A stretch of DNA of 64,000 bases from Candidatus Kuenenia stuttgartensis. Lineage in GTDB: Bacteria; Planctomycetota; UBA11346. The notes beneath the pieces are model-generated. The model had not been told where the DNA came from. It did no database searches and was given only the letters and a program-made list of their open reading frames with translations. Position 1 is the stretch's first letter. Every line of letters starts with the position of its first letter. Location: assembly GCA_945876185.1 (NCBI GenBank), contig CAMCMZ010000001.1, positions 66,310-130,309 on the forward strand. Direction: 5' to 3'. This document shows positions 19,595 to 28,489 of the stretch, in pieces. A program made the position numbers and the translations under genes.

Positions 19595-21418
19595 ATGATC
19601 CTTCATTCCCTGGGTTCCCCCATGCCAGATGCTTCCGACCACCTGAAGATCCAATGCCCGGCCTGCCAGCTTCGGATCAAGTTTCCTGCGCACCTGGTGG
19701 GAAAAACCGCCAAATGTCCGAAATGCGGCGCTTCTCTGCGCCTGGAAACACCACACCGGGATCCTACCGTTCCTCCATCCCCAATTCCTGAACCGGCCTC
19801 AAATGCCGAGCCAGCCCCAATTGCCGAGCCAGCCTCTGGTGCGGAGCCTGACTCCGGCCTGAGGCCAAAGGTACCGCCCAAGCCGGACGCCGCTCAACCG
19901 GAGTCGGGATCCCGTGCTGCCGCTGGGGCTCCGACGGTGCCGCGTTCCCGCCGCCGGAAGGTGGTCGCAGCGGTGCTCGCCCTCATCGCCGGATTGGTGA
20001 CCGTTGAACTGGCGTGGCGACCGCTTCGTGGTGCGCCCAACGGAACCGTCTCTGCCACCACCGCCACCACCTCCACGTCCGCCGCCACCGCCACAACGAT
20101 CGGTAAAACCAGTCAATCGGCTCCGACCGTTTCCCGCCCAGGTCAAGGAGGCGATGATCGGGCTGTCGTCGCTGCCTCTGACCCACCCCGGACGACTTCT
20201 CGCGATGATGGAGCGGCGGAACACCTGATCCGGGGCAGCGATCCTTGCATCGTCTCCACCGGCGCCACCCGGGCCCTGGATGCCAACCTGATGAGCAGGG
20301 ATGGGCAGTACGGGACCGCCGCCAGTAAATTCACCAGCACCCTCACCTTCACCGGCAGCGGCGTGCGCTGGGTCACCTGGAATGATTCGAATCGCGGCTT
20401 CGCCGAAGTCTGGATCGACGGCAAGAAGGAGGCTACGGTCGATCAGAAGACTCCTGGGCCTGTCTATAAAGCGACGATGTTCACCAAAACCTGGCCCAGC
20501 GAAGACCGGCACACCATCCGCATCGTCGCCACCACCGACCGCACCACGGTCGACGCATTCCTGGTGACAGCGAAGGAACCGCCTTGCCTGGAACTGCCGC
20601 CGGGAAAGCCGGTTGCGGATGCGCAGCCCGGACTCGTCGCCGAATATGCCGCCTGCAAGGGAAACGCGGCATTTTTCCCCCCGGAAGGCCGGGCCGAGGC
20701 CAGCGTCACGATCCAGGCGATGCCGGTCGTCGACCTGCAATCCACCCATTGGGGGACTGCCCCCTTGCGCAAGCATTTCGCGGTCCGCTTCACCGGCATC
20801 CTGCGCATCGCCCGGGCCGGGGTCTACGCATTCTATCTCTCTTCTGACGATGGTTCGCGTTTGCTCCTCAACCACACCTTGGTTCTCGAGGGCGGAAATT
20901 CCTTCAACAAGGTTGCGAGCCGGTTGCGGCTGGTACCCGGAGACTATCCGATCCAGATCGATTTCTTTCAGACATCCGGATCATTCCACCTGCTCGCCGG
21001 CTGGATCCCCGCCGGCGGCGAACCCGAGGCCCTGCCGCCAGGGGTACTCTTCCATCGCCCGGTAGCCAATCTCAAGAAAGCCGAGGTGGCCTCGCCCATG
21101 CGCGAGGCGCTCATCGACGACTGGCGCCGGACGACCGTCCGGACGGCCATCCTCGCCAATGCGCTGGCCGTCCAGGAGGACACCGTCACGGCGACCCATG
21201 CCGACCTGGCTCCAAGCCGCAACGCCCTGGAGTCCGCGCGCCAGAACTTTGCCACGGCCCAGCAGCAGGTGGCCGAGGCCGAGCGCGCCTTCGCCGCCGC
21301 CCGAACCAGCACCCTTGACCGCAATGGCCGCCGCCAGGATCTGCGCCAGGCCCAGGAACGTGAACAAAAACTGCTGGAGAAACTCAACCATCAGATCGGG
21401 GCTCTGCCGCAGGACTGA
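19595..21418 (+). CDS. zinc-ribbon / single-TM / PA14-domain protein with C-terminal coiled coil
   Basis: 607 aa (alternative start ATG 19621). CPACQLRIKF...KCPKCGASL zinc ribbon, Pro-rich linker, TM (VVAAVLALIAGLVTVELAW). PA14-like block FAVRFTGILRIARAGVYAFYLSSDDGSRLLLN...GDYPIQIDFFQ. Ala/Gln/Glu-rich helical tail. Confidence 0.7.
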   Translation: MILHSLGSPMPDASDHLKIQCPACQLRIKFPAHLVGKTAKCPKCGASLRLETPHRDPTVPPSPIPEPASNAEPAPIAEPASGAEPDSGLRPKVPPKPDAAQPESGSRAAAGAPTVPRSRRRKVVAAVLALIAGLVTVELAWRPLRGAPNGTVSATTATTSTSAATATTIGKTSQSAPTVSRPGQGGDDRAVVAASDPPRTTSRDDGAAEHLIRGSDPCIVSTGATRALDANLMSRDGQYGTAASKFTSTLTFTGSGVRWVTWNDSNRGFAEVWIDGKKEATVDQKTPGPVYKATMFTKTWPSEDRHTIRIVATTDRTTVDAFLVTAKEPPCLELPPGKPVADAQPGLVAEYAACKGNAAFFPPEGRAEASVTIQAMPVVDLQSTHWGTAPLRKHFAVRFTGILRIARAGVYAFYLSSDDGSRLLLNHTLVLEGGNSFNKVASRLRLVPGDYPIQIDFFQTSGSFHLLAGWIPAGGEPEALPPGVLFHRPVANLKKAEVASPMREALIDDWRRTTVRTAILANALAVQEDTVTATHADLAPSRNALESARQNFATAQQQVAEAERAFAAARTSTLDRNGRRQDLRQAQEREQKLLEKLNHQIGALPQD

Positions 21419-21493
21419 GGACGGCGGGAATAAAACAACGAACCGCGAGCCGTGACCGCGAGAACTATCGGTGCTGATCCATCGAAAGCACGT

Positions 21494-21649
21494 TCACGGC
21501 GATCCACCGCGATGCGGCCGCTTGGTCGGGCACGAATCGCACCCACAGCCGGGGCCGCCTTTGCGGAACGTGCGCCAGGCCAGGAATCCCAGCCAGGCGG
21601 CGCACAGGCCGACGACGATCAGGGCCATAGCAGTTTGAGCGGTCTGCAT
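21494..21649 (-). CDS. FeoB-associated Cys-rich small membrane protein (51 aa; below the ORF-track length cutoff)
   Basis: Hand translation: MQTAQTAMALIVVGLCAAWLGFLAWRTFRKGGPGCGCDSCPTKRPHRGGSP. One TM followed by a CGC..C cluster. The ATG at 21647-21649 lies 1 nt after the feoB stop (21651-21653). Confidence 0.7.
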   Translation of the reverse strand: MQTAQTAMALIVVGLCAAWLGFLAWRTFRKGGPGCGCDSCPTKRPHRGGSP

Positions 21650-21650
21650 G

Positions 21651-23903
21651 TCAGCCGCCGAAACCCAGGCGCAGGCCGAGCTGGAACACCGCGAAGCAGA
21701 CGATCCAGGCGAGGGCGTTCATGTAGCCGATCTGGACCAGCGGCCAGGCCCAGCCGCCGGTTTCGCGCCGCACCACGGCGGTGGTGCTGACGCACTGCAT
21801 CGCGAGGACGAACCACACCAGGAGCGAAATCGCGGTCAGGGTGGTCCAGACCGGTCTGCCATCGGGATGGTGGTCAGAGCGCAGAGCCTGCTGGAGGTTC
21901 TGGGTGTCCTCGCCGTCGCCGACGCTGTGCACGATGCCCATGGTCGAGACGAACACTTCGCGCGCGGCGAACGCGCCGACCAGGCCGATGCCGGTCTTCC
22001 AGTCGAAACCCAGCGGCGCGATGACTGGTTCGATGACGTGGCCGAGGCGGCCGGCGAGGGAGTGCTCCAGCGCGGCGGCGGCGACCTTGCGGTCGGCCTC
22101 GGCAGCAGCGGTTTTCGCGGCGTCCGTGCCTTGGCCGGGCGCAACGGCGGCAGCGACCGGTTTCCCCGGATCAGGGAACGTGCTCTGCGGCCCTGGGGCG
22201 GGAACTGTGGCCGGAATTGGGGCCGCCGGTGCCGCCACAGTGACGCTGGCGCGGATCGCGGCCTCGCGTTCCGCCGGCAGACCGGGGAAGGTCGCGAGTG
22301 CCCACAGCACGACGCTGAGGGCGAAGATGATGGTGCCGGCGCGGACCAGGAATTCGCGCGTCTTGCCCCAGACTGCGAGCGTGACCTGCTTCGCTTGCGG
22401 TACCTGATAGGTCGGCAGTTCGAGGATGAACGGCGTCGCCGCGCCGATGCGTGCGAACAGTCGCACCGCGAGCGCGGTGAACACCGCCGCGAGGATGCCC
22501 AGGACATAGGCGCCCATCAGCAGCAGGCCCTTCTGCCACCAGGCCCACGGCGCGAAGAACGTCTCGATCATCAGGCCGTAGACCGGCAGGCGGGCGCTGC
22601 ACGACATGAACGGCGCGACCAGAATGGTGGCCAGGCGTTCGCGCCGGCCGTCGATGGTGCGGGTGGCGAGGATCGCCGGGATGGCGCAGGCGAACGAGGA
22701 CAGCAAGGGGATGAAGCTTTTTCCATGCAGGCCGATGCGCGCGAGCAATCGGTCCATAAGAAACGCCGCTCGCGCCAGGTAGCCGGAGTCCTCTAGCAAC
22801 GCGAGGAAAGCGAAGAGCAGCACGATCTGCGGCACGAACCCGACCACGCCGCCGACCCCGGCGATGACGCCGTCTTTCAGCAGATCGGTGAGCAGCCCCG
22901 GTCCGATCCAGGCGGTGAGATTGCCGCCGAGCCAGTCCATGCCGGCGTCGAGCACCTCCTTCACCGGTGCGGCGATGAGGAAGATAGCCGCGAACAGGCT
23001 CGCCATGATCAGCGCGAAGATGCCGAGACCGAGCACGGGATTCAGCAGCACCGCATCCGCACGCTCGGTCAGGCTCGGCGTCGCCGGGCCGGCCACGACG
23101 CAGCGTGCCACCACGCCGTCGATCCAGCGGTAGCGCGCCTCGATGTCGGCCTGCACCGCGTCGGTGCGCGCGGCCGCCAGGCGGGTGCGGGCGGCTTCAA
23201 GATGCGGCTTCACGCCCGGGTCCGCGCGCAGGCGATCGAGATCGGGCGACGGATCGTCGAGCAACAGGCGCCGGGCGGACACCGGGCTGGCGCCGCAAAA
23301 TGCTGACAAAGGAGCAATTTCGCGCTCTAGCGCTTCGACGCTCGCCCACGGTGCGGGCAGCGCGTCAGGGCCGGTGGCCAGAGCGCGCTCGATGGCTGCG
23401 CGCAAGGTGTCGATGCCGGTGCCCTGGCTGCCCACGACCGGGATCACCGGAACGCCAAGCGCGGTCGCGAGCGCCGCCGCATCGATGCGGGCGCCGCGGC
23501 GTTCAGCCACGTCGGTCATGTTGAGGGCGACGACCAGTGGCAGGCCGAGTTCGCTGAGCTGGCTGAACAGGAAGAGATTGCGCGCCAGGTTGCTCGCATC
23601 GACCACCGCGATGAGCGCATCCGGACGCGGGGTGTCCGCGCGCAGCCCGCGCAGGACCTCCATCGCGACGCGTTCATCCGGCGACGCCGGCACCAGGCTG
23701 TAGGTGCCCGGCAGGTCGATTACGTCGATCAGTCGCCCTGCTACCACCGCGCGGCCGGTCTTCTTCTCGACCGTGACGCCGGGATAGTTGGCGACGTGCT
23801 GGCGCAGCCCGGTCAGCGCGTTGAACAGCGTCGTTTTGCCGCTGTTGGGGTTTCCCGCGAGGGCGACGGTGGGGATGGGGGATGGATGGGGGATGGAGGT
23901 CAT
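21651..23903 (-). CDS. feoB: ferrous iron transporter FeoB
   Basis: 750 aa. N-terminal G-domain GNPNSGKTTLFNALTG...NYPGVTVEKKTG, followed by a polytopic membrane domain. Confidence 0.95.
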   Translation of the reverse strand: MTSIPHPSPIPTVALAGNPNSGKTTLFNALTGLRQHVANYPGVTVEKKTGRAVVAGRLIDVIDLPGTYSLVPASPDERVAMEVLRGLRADTPRPDALIAVVDASNLARNLFLFSQLSELGLPLVVALNMTDVAERRGARIDAAALATALGVPVIPVVGSQGTGIDTLRAAIERALATGPDALPAPWASVEALEREIAPLSAFCGASPVSARRLLLDDPSPDLDRLRADPGVKPHLEAARTRLAAARTDAVQADIEARYRWIDGVVARCVVAGPATPSLTERADAVLLNPVLGLGIFALIMASLFAAIFLIAAPVKEVLDAGMDWLGGNLTAWIGPGLLTDLLKDGVIAGVGGVVGFVPQIVLLFAFLALLEDSGYLARAAFLMDRLLARIGLHGKSFIPLLSSFACAIPAILATRTIDGRRERLATILVAPFMSCSARLPVYGLMIETFFAPWAWWQKGLLLMGAYVLGILAAVFTALAVRLFARIGAATPFILELPTYQVPQAKQVTLAVWGKTREFLVRAGTIIFALSVVLWALATFPGLPAEREAAIRASVTVAAPAAPIPATVPAPGPQSTFPDPGKPVAAAVAPGQGTDAAKTAAAEADRKVAAAALEHSLAGRLGHVIEPVIAPLGFDWKTGIGLVGAFAAREVFVSTMGIVHSVGDGEDTQNLQQALRSDHHPDGRPVWTTLTAISLLVWFVLAMQCVSTTAVVRRETGGWAWPLVQIGYMNALAWIVCFAVFQLGLRLGFGG

Positions 23904-23954
23904 GCGTCGGTTTTCATCAAGGAATCAGGCTCAAACTTGGGCAGATACGCCTCG

Positions 23955-24028
23955 GCCAGGCTGGAGCCTGGCGGTCCCAGGGTCGATGCCGGGAACCTGC
24001 CCTGGGACCGCCACGCTCCAGCGTGGCA
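23955..24028. repeat. inverted doublet of the CCTGGGACCGCC-hairpin element inside the feoA-feoB spacer
   Basis: GCCAGGCTGGAGCCTGGCGGTCCCAGG (23955-23981) and CCTGGGACCGCCACGCTCCAGCGTGGCA (24001-24028) are reverse complements. They differ only by a paired stem change (CCAGGCT/AGCCTGG versus CCACGCT/AGCGTGG). Confidence 0.9.
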
Positions 24029-24101
24029 CGGCGCGTCGCTAGCAAGATGAATCGAGGGAATTCGGCAGCTATTCCAGGCCCACTCCACCCGGGCACGACA
24101 A

Positions 24102-24392
24102 TCACTCCCGGGTGCAGGCGACGTGGGCGGCTTGTTCCGCGCGCAGACTCAAAAGGTACCCGCGTACTTTGAGCTCAATCGGATCACCGAGCGGTGCGCG
24201 GCGGACCACGTTCACCTCGATCCCCCGGGTCAGGCCCATCTCCAGCAACCGACGGCGCAGGCCGGTGTCGCCGGCCACGCTGTTGATGCGGGCGCGACTG
24301 CCCGCTGGCAAAAGATCAAGCCGGGTCGGCACGGTCGGGGTATGGGCAGGGGCGGCAGAGACGCTGGCGGTGGCGAGGCTCATGGGCGGCAC
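24102..24392 (-). CDS. feoA: ferrous iron transport protein FeoA
   Basis: 96 aa. LDLLPAGSRARINSV...RRRLLEMGLTRGIEVNVVRRAPLGDPIELKVRGYLLSLR is the FeoA SH3-like pattern. Located upstream of feoB. Confidence 0.85.
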   Translation of the reverse strand: MPPMSLATASVSAAPAHTPTVPTRLDLLPAGSRARINSVAGDTGLRRRLLEMGLTRGIEVNVVRRAPLGDPIELKVRGYLLSLRAEQAAHVACTRE

Positions 24393-24418
24393 GCTACCTT
24401 ATTGAGAACCACTTGCAA

Positions 24419-25249
24419 CTACGACAGGGTTGCGCCATCAAGGCGGGCCCCGCTGCGCGCCGCCAGGTGCTCGAACCAGGACGAGCCGAAATGCACGCGA
24501 CCCCAGGCCAAAAGCTGGATGCGCGCGACCGGCGTCGGCTGCGGATCGTCCTGGATCGCGGCCGCGAGCGCCACCGCCTCGGCGGCGACCACCCAGGGCC
24601 GGTCGTGTTCTTCCGGATCCAGGCGATCTTCGATCGCCCTGCGATCGAGCGCGACGTGGGCGGCGAACAGCAGTTCAGGCTGGACCAGCTGGTCGTCCTC
24701 GACCAGGCCGAGGCAGTCGAGATGCAGCAGGTCATCGTCCTCGAGTCCGGCCTCTTCGGCCAATTCGCGCCGGATCTCGCCAGCCACATCGTTCGCCCGT
24801 GCTGGTTCGACGCAGCCGCCGAAAGGATGCACCCGGCCTGCATACAGCGCCACCCGCTGGCTGCGCCGACCCAGGATCAGCCAGTTGTCGGCGGTGACGA
24901 CGACGGCGCTGACCCCGAGCGGATTCGCCCGGCGCTCACGCGGCAAGGTGCGATCGCGGCAGTTCGTGCCCCAGAACCAGCGATAACTCGTCGGACTGAG
25001 CGCGAGGTCGAGCCGGCCGGCGCTGGCGCGGTGGCCTTCCAGCCGGGCGAGCGGCCCGTCGAAAAGGTGCTTGCCGGTCTTCGCCGCCTCGGCCAGGGCG
25101 GCGGCCCAGGAATTTTCCACGCGGGTGGTGTCGGCCGCCGTGGGCCGGAAACCGCTCGGCACGGACAGCGAGCAGACCTGCTCCGGCGTCCAGCGGCCGA
25201 GGGCTTGCACGGTGATGGCGGGATCCGGTTGTCCTGGGGCCGGTGTCAT
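24419..25249 (-). CDS. NUDIX-family hydrolase
   Basis: ORF 24419..25279. Start set at ATG 25249, which forms an ATGA overlap with the mutL stop. Nudix-box-like FGGCVEP...GEIRRELAEEAGL. Confidence 0.7.
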   Translation of the reverse strand: MTPAPGQPDPAITVQALGRWTPEQVCSLSVPSGFRPTAADTTRVENSWAAALAEAAKTGKHLFDGPLARLEGHRASAGRLDLALSPTSYRWFWGTNCRDRTLPRERRANPLGVSAVVVTADNWLILGRRSQRVALYAGRVHPFGGCVEPARANDVAGEIRRELAEEAGLEDDDLLHLDCLGLVEDDQLVQPELLFAAHVALDRRAIEDRLDPEEHDRPWVVAAEAVALAAAIQDDPQPTPVARIQLLAWGRVHFGSSWFEHLAARSGARLDGATLS

Positions 25250-27204
25250 CGCTGAAACCGCTTGGCCAATTCTTCCCAACTCAAATCGAGCGTGGTCGGC
25301 CGGCCGTGCGGGCAGTGCTCCATGTGCTCCATCTCGAACAGCATCCGCACGAGTTCGAGCTGTTCATCGGCGTTCAGAATCTGCCCAGCCTTGACCGCCG
25401 CATGGCAGGCGGCGCGATGCGCGAGGCGGGTGCGCAGCAGGTCGATCCCGCCGCCCGTGGCGACCTCTCCCAGGAAGGCAGCCCAGTTCAGCCGCCGCAG
25501 CGCCTGCGGATGGGCGTGGACGTGGACCTCGGTCGCGCCGGCGACTTCCAGGTCGATGCCCAGGTTGGCGAGTTCGTTGACCAGCGGCCGCAGGCCCGCG
25601 ACCTCGGCCGCGTCCAGGCGGACGACCAGCGGCACCAGCAGTTCCTGGCGTCCGCCCGCGAACGGATCCGCGTCGCCAGCCAGGGAATTGAACAGGGCTT
25701 TTTCATGCAGCGCGTGTTGATCGACGAGACGGATGCCGTGCTCGGTTTCGATCAGCAGAAACATCCGGTTGAGCTGCACGACGCGCCGGACTGAAGGCAG
25801 ATGCTGCGTCGCCGCGACGCGGGCGGCGTCGGGCGCAGGTGCCGCTGGTCCCGTTGGCACCGGCGTGGCCGCGGCATCGGTGGCTGGCGGAGCAGAAGGG
25901 AGTGGCGCGGAGGAGAGCAGCGCGGAGGGGGTCGGAAATGGTCCCGCCTGATACGCGATCGCAGGTTCCTGCGTTTTCAGCGGCCGATCCGGCACATCAA
26001 AGCCGGCGATGTGGTCGGCGGCGGGAACCGGCCGCGTGACCTCGGGCGTCACCACCGGCGTCGCTGGCAGGAAGCGCTCCTGATACACTGGCGCCGCTGC
26101 CTTCACCACCGTGCGCGACAGGATCGGAGAGTCGGCGGTTGGCGCTGGCGCGGCCGGGGCCGCCGGCTGCGGCCGGTCGGCGGGCGTGAGCAACGTGAAG
26201 CCGCCCGCGTGCTTGGCCACCGCCGCGTTGATCGCTTTGGAAACCAAGGAAAACACATCACCTTCGCGGCGGAAGCGCACCTCGGACTTGGTCGGGTGCA
26301 CGTTGACGTCGACCTGCGACGGATCGAGGTCGAGGTGGAGAAACACCGTGCCGTGCAGGCGCGGTTCAAGGAATCCCTTGTAGCCCTCGCGCACCGCCAC
26401 GATCAGGATGCGGTCCTTGACGAAGCGGCCGTTGAGAAAGAGGTACTGCCGCTTCGCGGTCGGCCGCGCCTCGCGCGGGTGCGCGACGAAACCGCTGACC
26501 TGCATCGCGTTCGCCTGCTCTGCCACCGCGATCAGGCTGCCGGCGACCTCGGGGCCGAACAGCGCGGCGATGCGTGCCTCCAGCGTCGATGCCGGTGGCA
26601 GGTCGATATCGGTGCGGCCGCCGACTTTTAGCCGGAAGCCGACCTTGGGATGCGACAGCGCCAGGCGCACCACCTGGTCGTGGACGTGGCCAGTTTCCGA
26701 CGCCTCGCTTTTGAGGAATTTCAGCCGCGCCGGCACGTTCCAGAACAGGTTGCGCACGCTGATCCGCGTGCCCGGCGACATGGCGCACGGCTGGTAGGTG
26801 GTCTCATTGCCGCCGGTCAGGCGGACCAGCTGCCCCGCGATGGCGTCGTGCGGGCGCGAGGCCAGTTCCATCTCGCTCACCGCCGCGATCGACGGCAGGG
26901 CCTCACCGCGGAAACCCAAGGTCGCGATGCGGAACAGGTCGTCGGAACTTGACAGCTTGGACGTCGCATGGCGGCTGATCGCGCGGCGTAAATCAGCCGG
27001 ACGCATGCCGTGGCCGTCGTCGCTGACCTCGATCAGGCGGCGACCGCCGTCCTCGATCTCGATCTGGATCCGCGTCGCGCCGGCATCCAGGCTGTTTTCG
27101 CCGAGTTCCTTCACCACCGCCGCCGGGCGTTCGACCACCTCGCCAGCGGCGATCTGGTTCGCGACCTGCTCGCTCAGTTGGATGATTTCGGGCGGGGCGC
27201 GCAT
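25246..27204 (-). CDS. mutL: DNA mismatch repair protein MutL
   Basis: ORF 25246..27366. Start moved to ATG 27204 (MRAPPEIIQLSEQVANQIAAGEVVERPAAVVKELGENSLDAGA, GHKL ATPase N-terminus). The upstream 54 codons run through a repeat element. Confidence 0.9.
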   Translation of the reverse strand: MRAPPEIIQLSEQVANQIAAGEVVERPAAVVKELGENSLDAGATRIQIEIEDGGRRLIEVSDDGHGMRPADLRRAISRHATSKLSSSDDLFRIATLGFRGEALPSIAAVSEMELASRPHDAIAGQLVRLTGGNETTYQPCAMSPGTRISVRNLFWNVPARLKFLKSEASETGHVHDQVVRLALSHPKVGFRLKVGGRTDIDLPPASTLEARIAALFGPEVAGSLIAVAEQANAMQVSGFVAHPREARPTAKRQYLFLNGRFVKDRILIVAVREGYKGFLEPRLHGTVFLHLDLDPSQVDVNVHPTKSEVRFRREGDVFSLVSKAINAAVAKHAGGFTLLTPADRPQPAAPAAPAPTADSPILSRTVVKAAAPVYQERFLPATPVVTPEVTRPVPAADHIAGFDVPDRPLKTQEPAIAYQAGPFPTPSALLSSAPLPSAPPATDAAATPVPTGPAAPAPDAARVAATQHLPSVRRVVQLNRMFLLIETEHGIRLVDQHALHEKALFNSLAGDADPFAGGRQELLVPLVVRLDAAEVAGLRPLVNELANLGIDLEVAGATEVHVHAHPQALRRLNWAAFLGEVATGGGIDLLRTRLAHRAACHAAVKAGQILNADEQLELVRMLFEMEHMEHCPHGRPTTLDLSWEELAKRFQR

Positions 27205-27305
27205 GGGCGAAGCGTAGACGCGCCGTGCGCGAAACCATCCAGCCCGCCCCGACCTGGGTCCTGCGCCTTGGGTCTGTGGCAACAATTCCTCGGAAATGCT
27301 TGCCG

Positions 27306-27342
27306 ACGCTTGCGCCTGGGACCGCCAGGCTCCAGCCTGGCC
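27306..27342. repeat. CCTGGGACCGCC-hairpin element (single copy)
   Basis: CGCTTGCGCCTGGGACCGCCAGGCTCCAGCCTGGCC, near-identical to 28561-28596. Located in the divergent mutL/trxB spacer. Confidence 0.85.
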
Positions 27343-27526
27343 GTGAACACGAGGTGTCCAACCCAATCATGAATCACGAGAAAACCTAGATTTCCAGCTC
27401 AGATTACCGAACCAGTCAGCGATCATTTTTCCGATCCGTTCCGGACCGGCTTCCCATCAGATGGTCGCGCGTTGCTGGCTTGACGTCGCATGCGGGAGGA
27501 CTCGACTGCCGCCAGAGGACCACCCC

Positions 27527-28489
27527 ATGCCCGACCTCGCCATCATCGGTTCCGGCCCCGCCGGCTACACCGCCGCCATCTATGCCGCCCGCGCCAACCT
27601 CGCGCCGCAATTGTTCACCGGTCGCCAGGCCGGCGGCCAGCTCACCACCACCACCGAGGTCGAGAACTTCCCTGGTTTCCCCGAGGGCATCCAAGGCCCC
27701 GAACTCATGGCCCGGATGGAGCAACAAGCGACCCGGTTCGGCACCGTGGTGAAGATGGGCTGCGAGGTCACCGCGATCACCCGCGCGGCTGACGGCACCT
27801 TCACCCTCGCCTGGAGCGATCTCTTCCAGGGAACCGACGAAAAAGCCCAGTTTCGCGCCATCATCATCGCCACCGGGGCAAGCGCGCGTTACCTCGGCCT
27901 ACCCGGCGAAGACGACTTCCTGACCGACAAGCCCGGCCGCAAGCACGGCCTGACCGCCTGCGCGACCTGCGACGGCGCGTTCTACAAAAACGTGCCGGTG
28001 GCGGTGGTCGGCGGCGGCGACACCGCGTGCGAGGAAGCCAACTTCCTCACCCGCTTCGCATCCAAGGTCTACCTCGTGCATCGCCGGGGCGAACTGCGCG
28101 CCAGCAAGCCGATGCAGGCGCGCGTGCTCGCCAACCCCAAGATCACCCCGGTCTGGCACCAGACCCTGGGCGGTTACCACGTCGACGCGAAGCAGAAGCT
28201 GGAAGCCGTGACCCTGGTCGACCTGCGCGACCAGAAGACCAGCCGGTTGGAGGTGAAGGGCGTCTTCATGGCGATCGGCCACACGCCGAACACTGCGTTC
28301 GTGAAGAACGTGCCTGGCCTCAAATTCGACGAAAACGGCTACCTGGAGGTCGAGCACGGCTGCCAGACCGGCGTCCCCGGCCTGTTCGCCGCCGGCGACG
28401 TGCGCGACCACCGCTATCGCCAGGCGATCACCGCCGCCGGCATGGGCTGCATGGCGGCGCTCGAGGCCGAGCACTACCTCGCGAGTTGA
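27527..28489 (+). CDS. trxB: thioredoxin-disulfide reductase
   Basis: Start at ATG 27527 (MPDLAIIGSGPAGYTAAIYAARA, FAD-binding GxGxxG). Redox-active CATCDG is present. 320 aa. Confidence 0.95.
   Translation: MPDLAIIGSGPAGYTAAIYAARANLAPQLFTGRQAGGQLTTTTEVENFPGFPEGIQGPELMARMEQQATRFGTVVKMGCEVTAITRAADGTFTLAWSDLFQGTDEKAQFRAIIIATGASARYLGLPGEDDFLTDKPGRKHGLTACATCDGAFYKNVPVAVVGGGDTACEEANFLTRFASKVYLVHRRGELRASKPMQARVLANPKITPVWHQTLGGYHVDAKQKLEAVTLVDLRDQKTSRLEVKGVFMAIGHTPNTAFVKNVPGLKFDENGYLEVEHGCQTGVPGLFAAGDVRDHRYRQAITAAGMGCMAALEAEHYLAS

Noticed and set aside
24393-24418. AT-rich patch upstream of feoA as a Fur box or promoter (GGTTCTCAATAAG on the minus strand)
   Set aside because: It matches a Fur consensus half-region at only about 9/13 positions by eye. 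It sits 10-25 nt from the ATG, where the RBS (AAGGTAG) lies, which leaves no room for a promoter. It overlaps the NUDIX stop.
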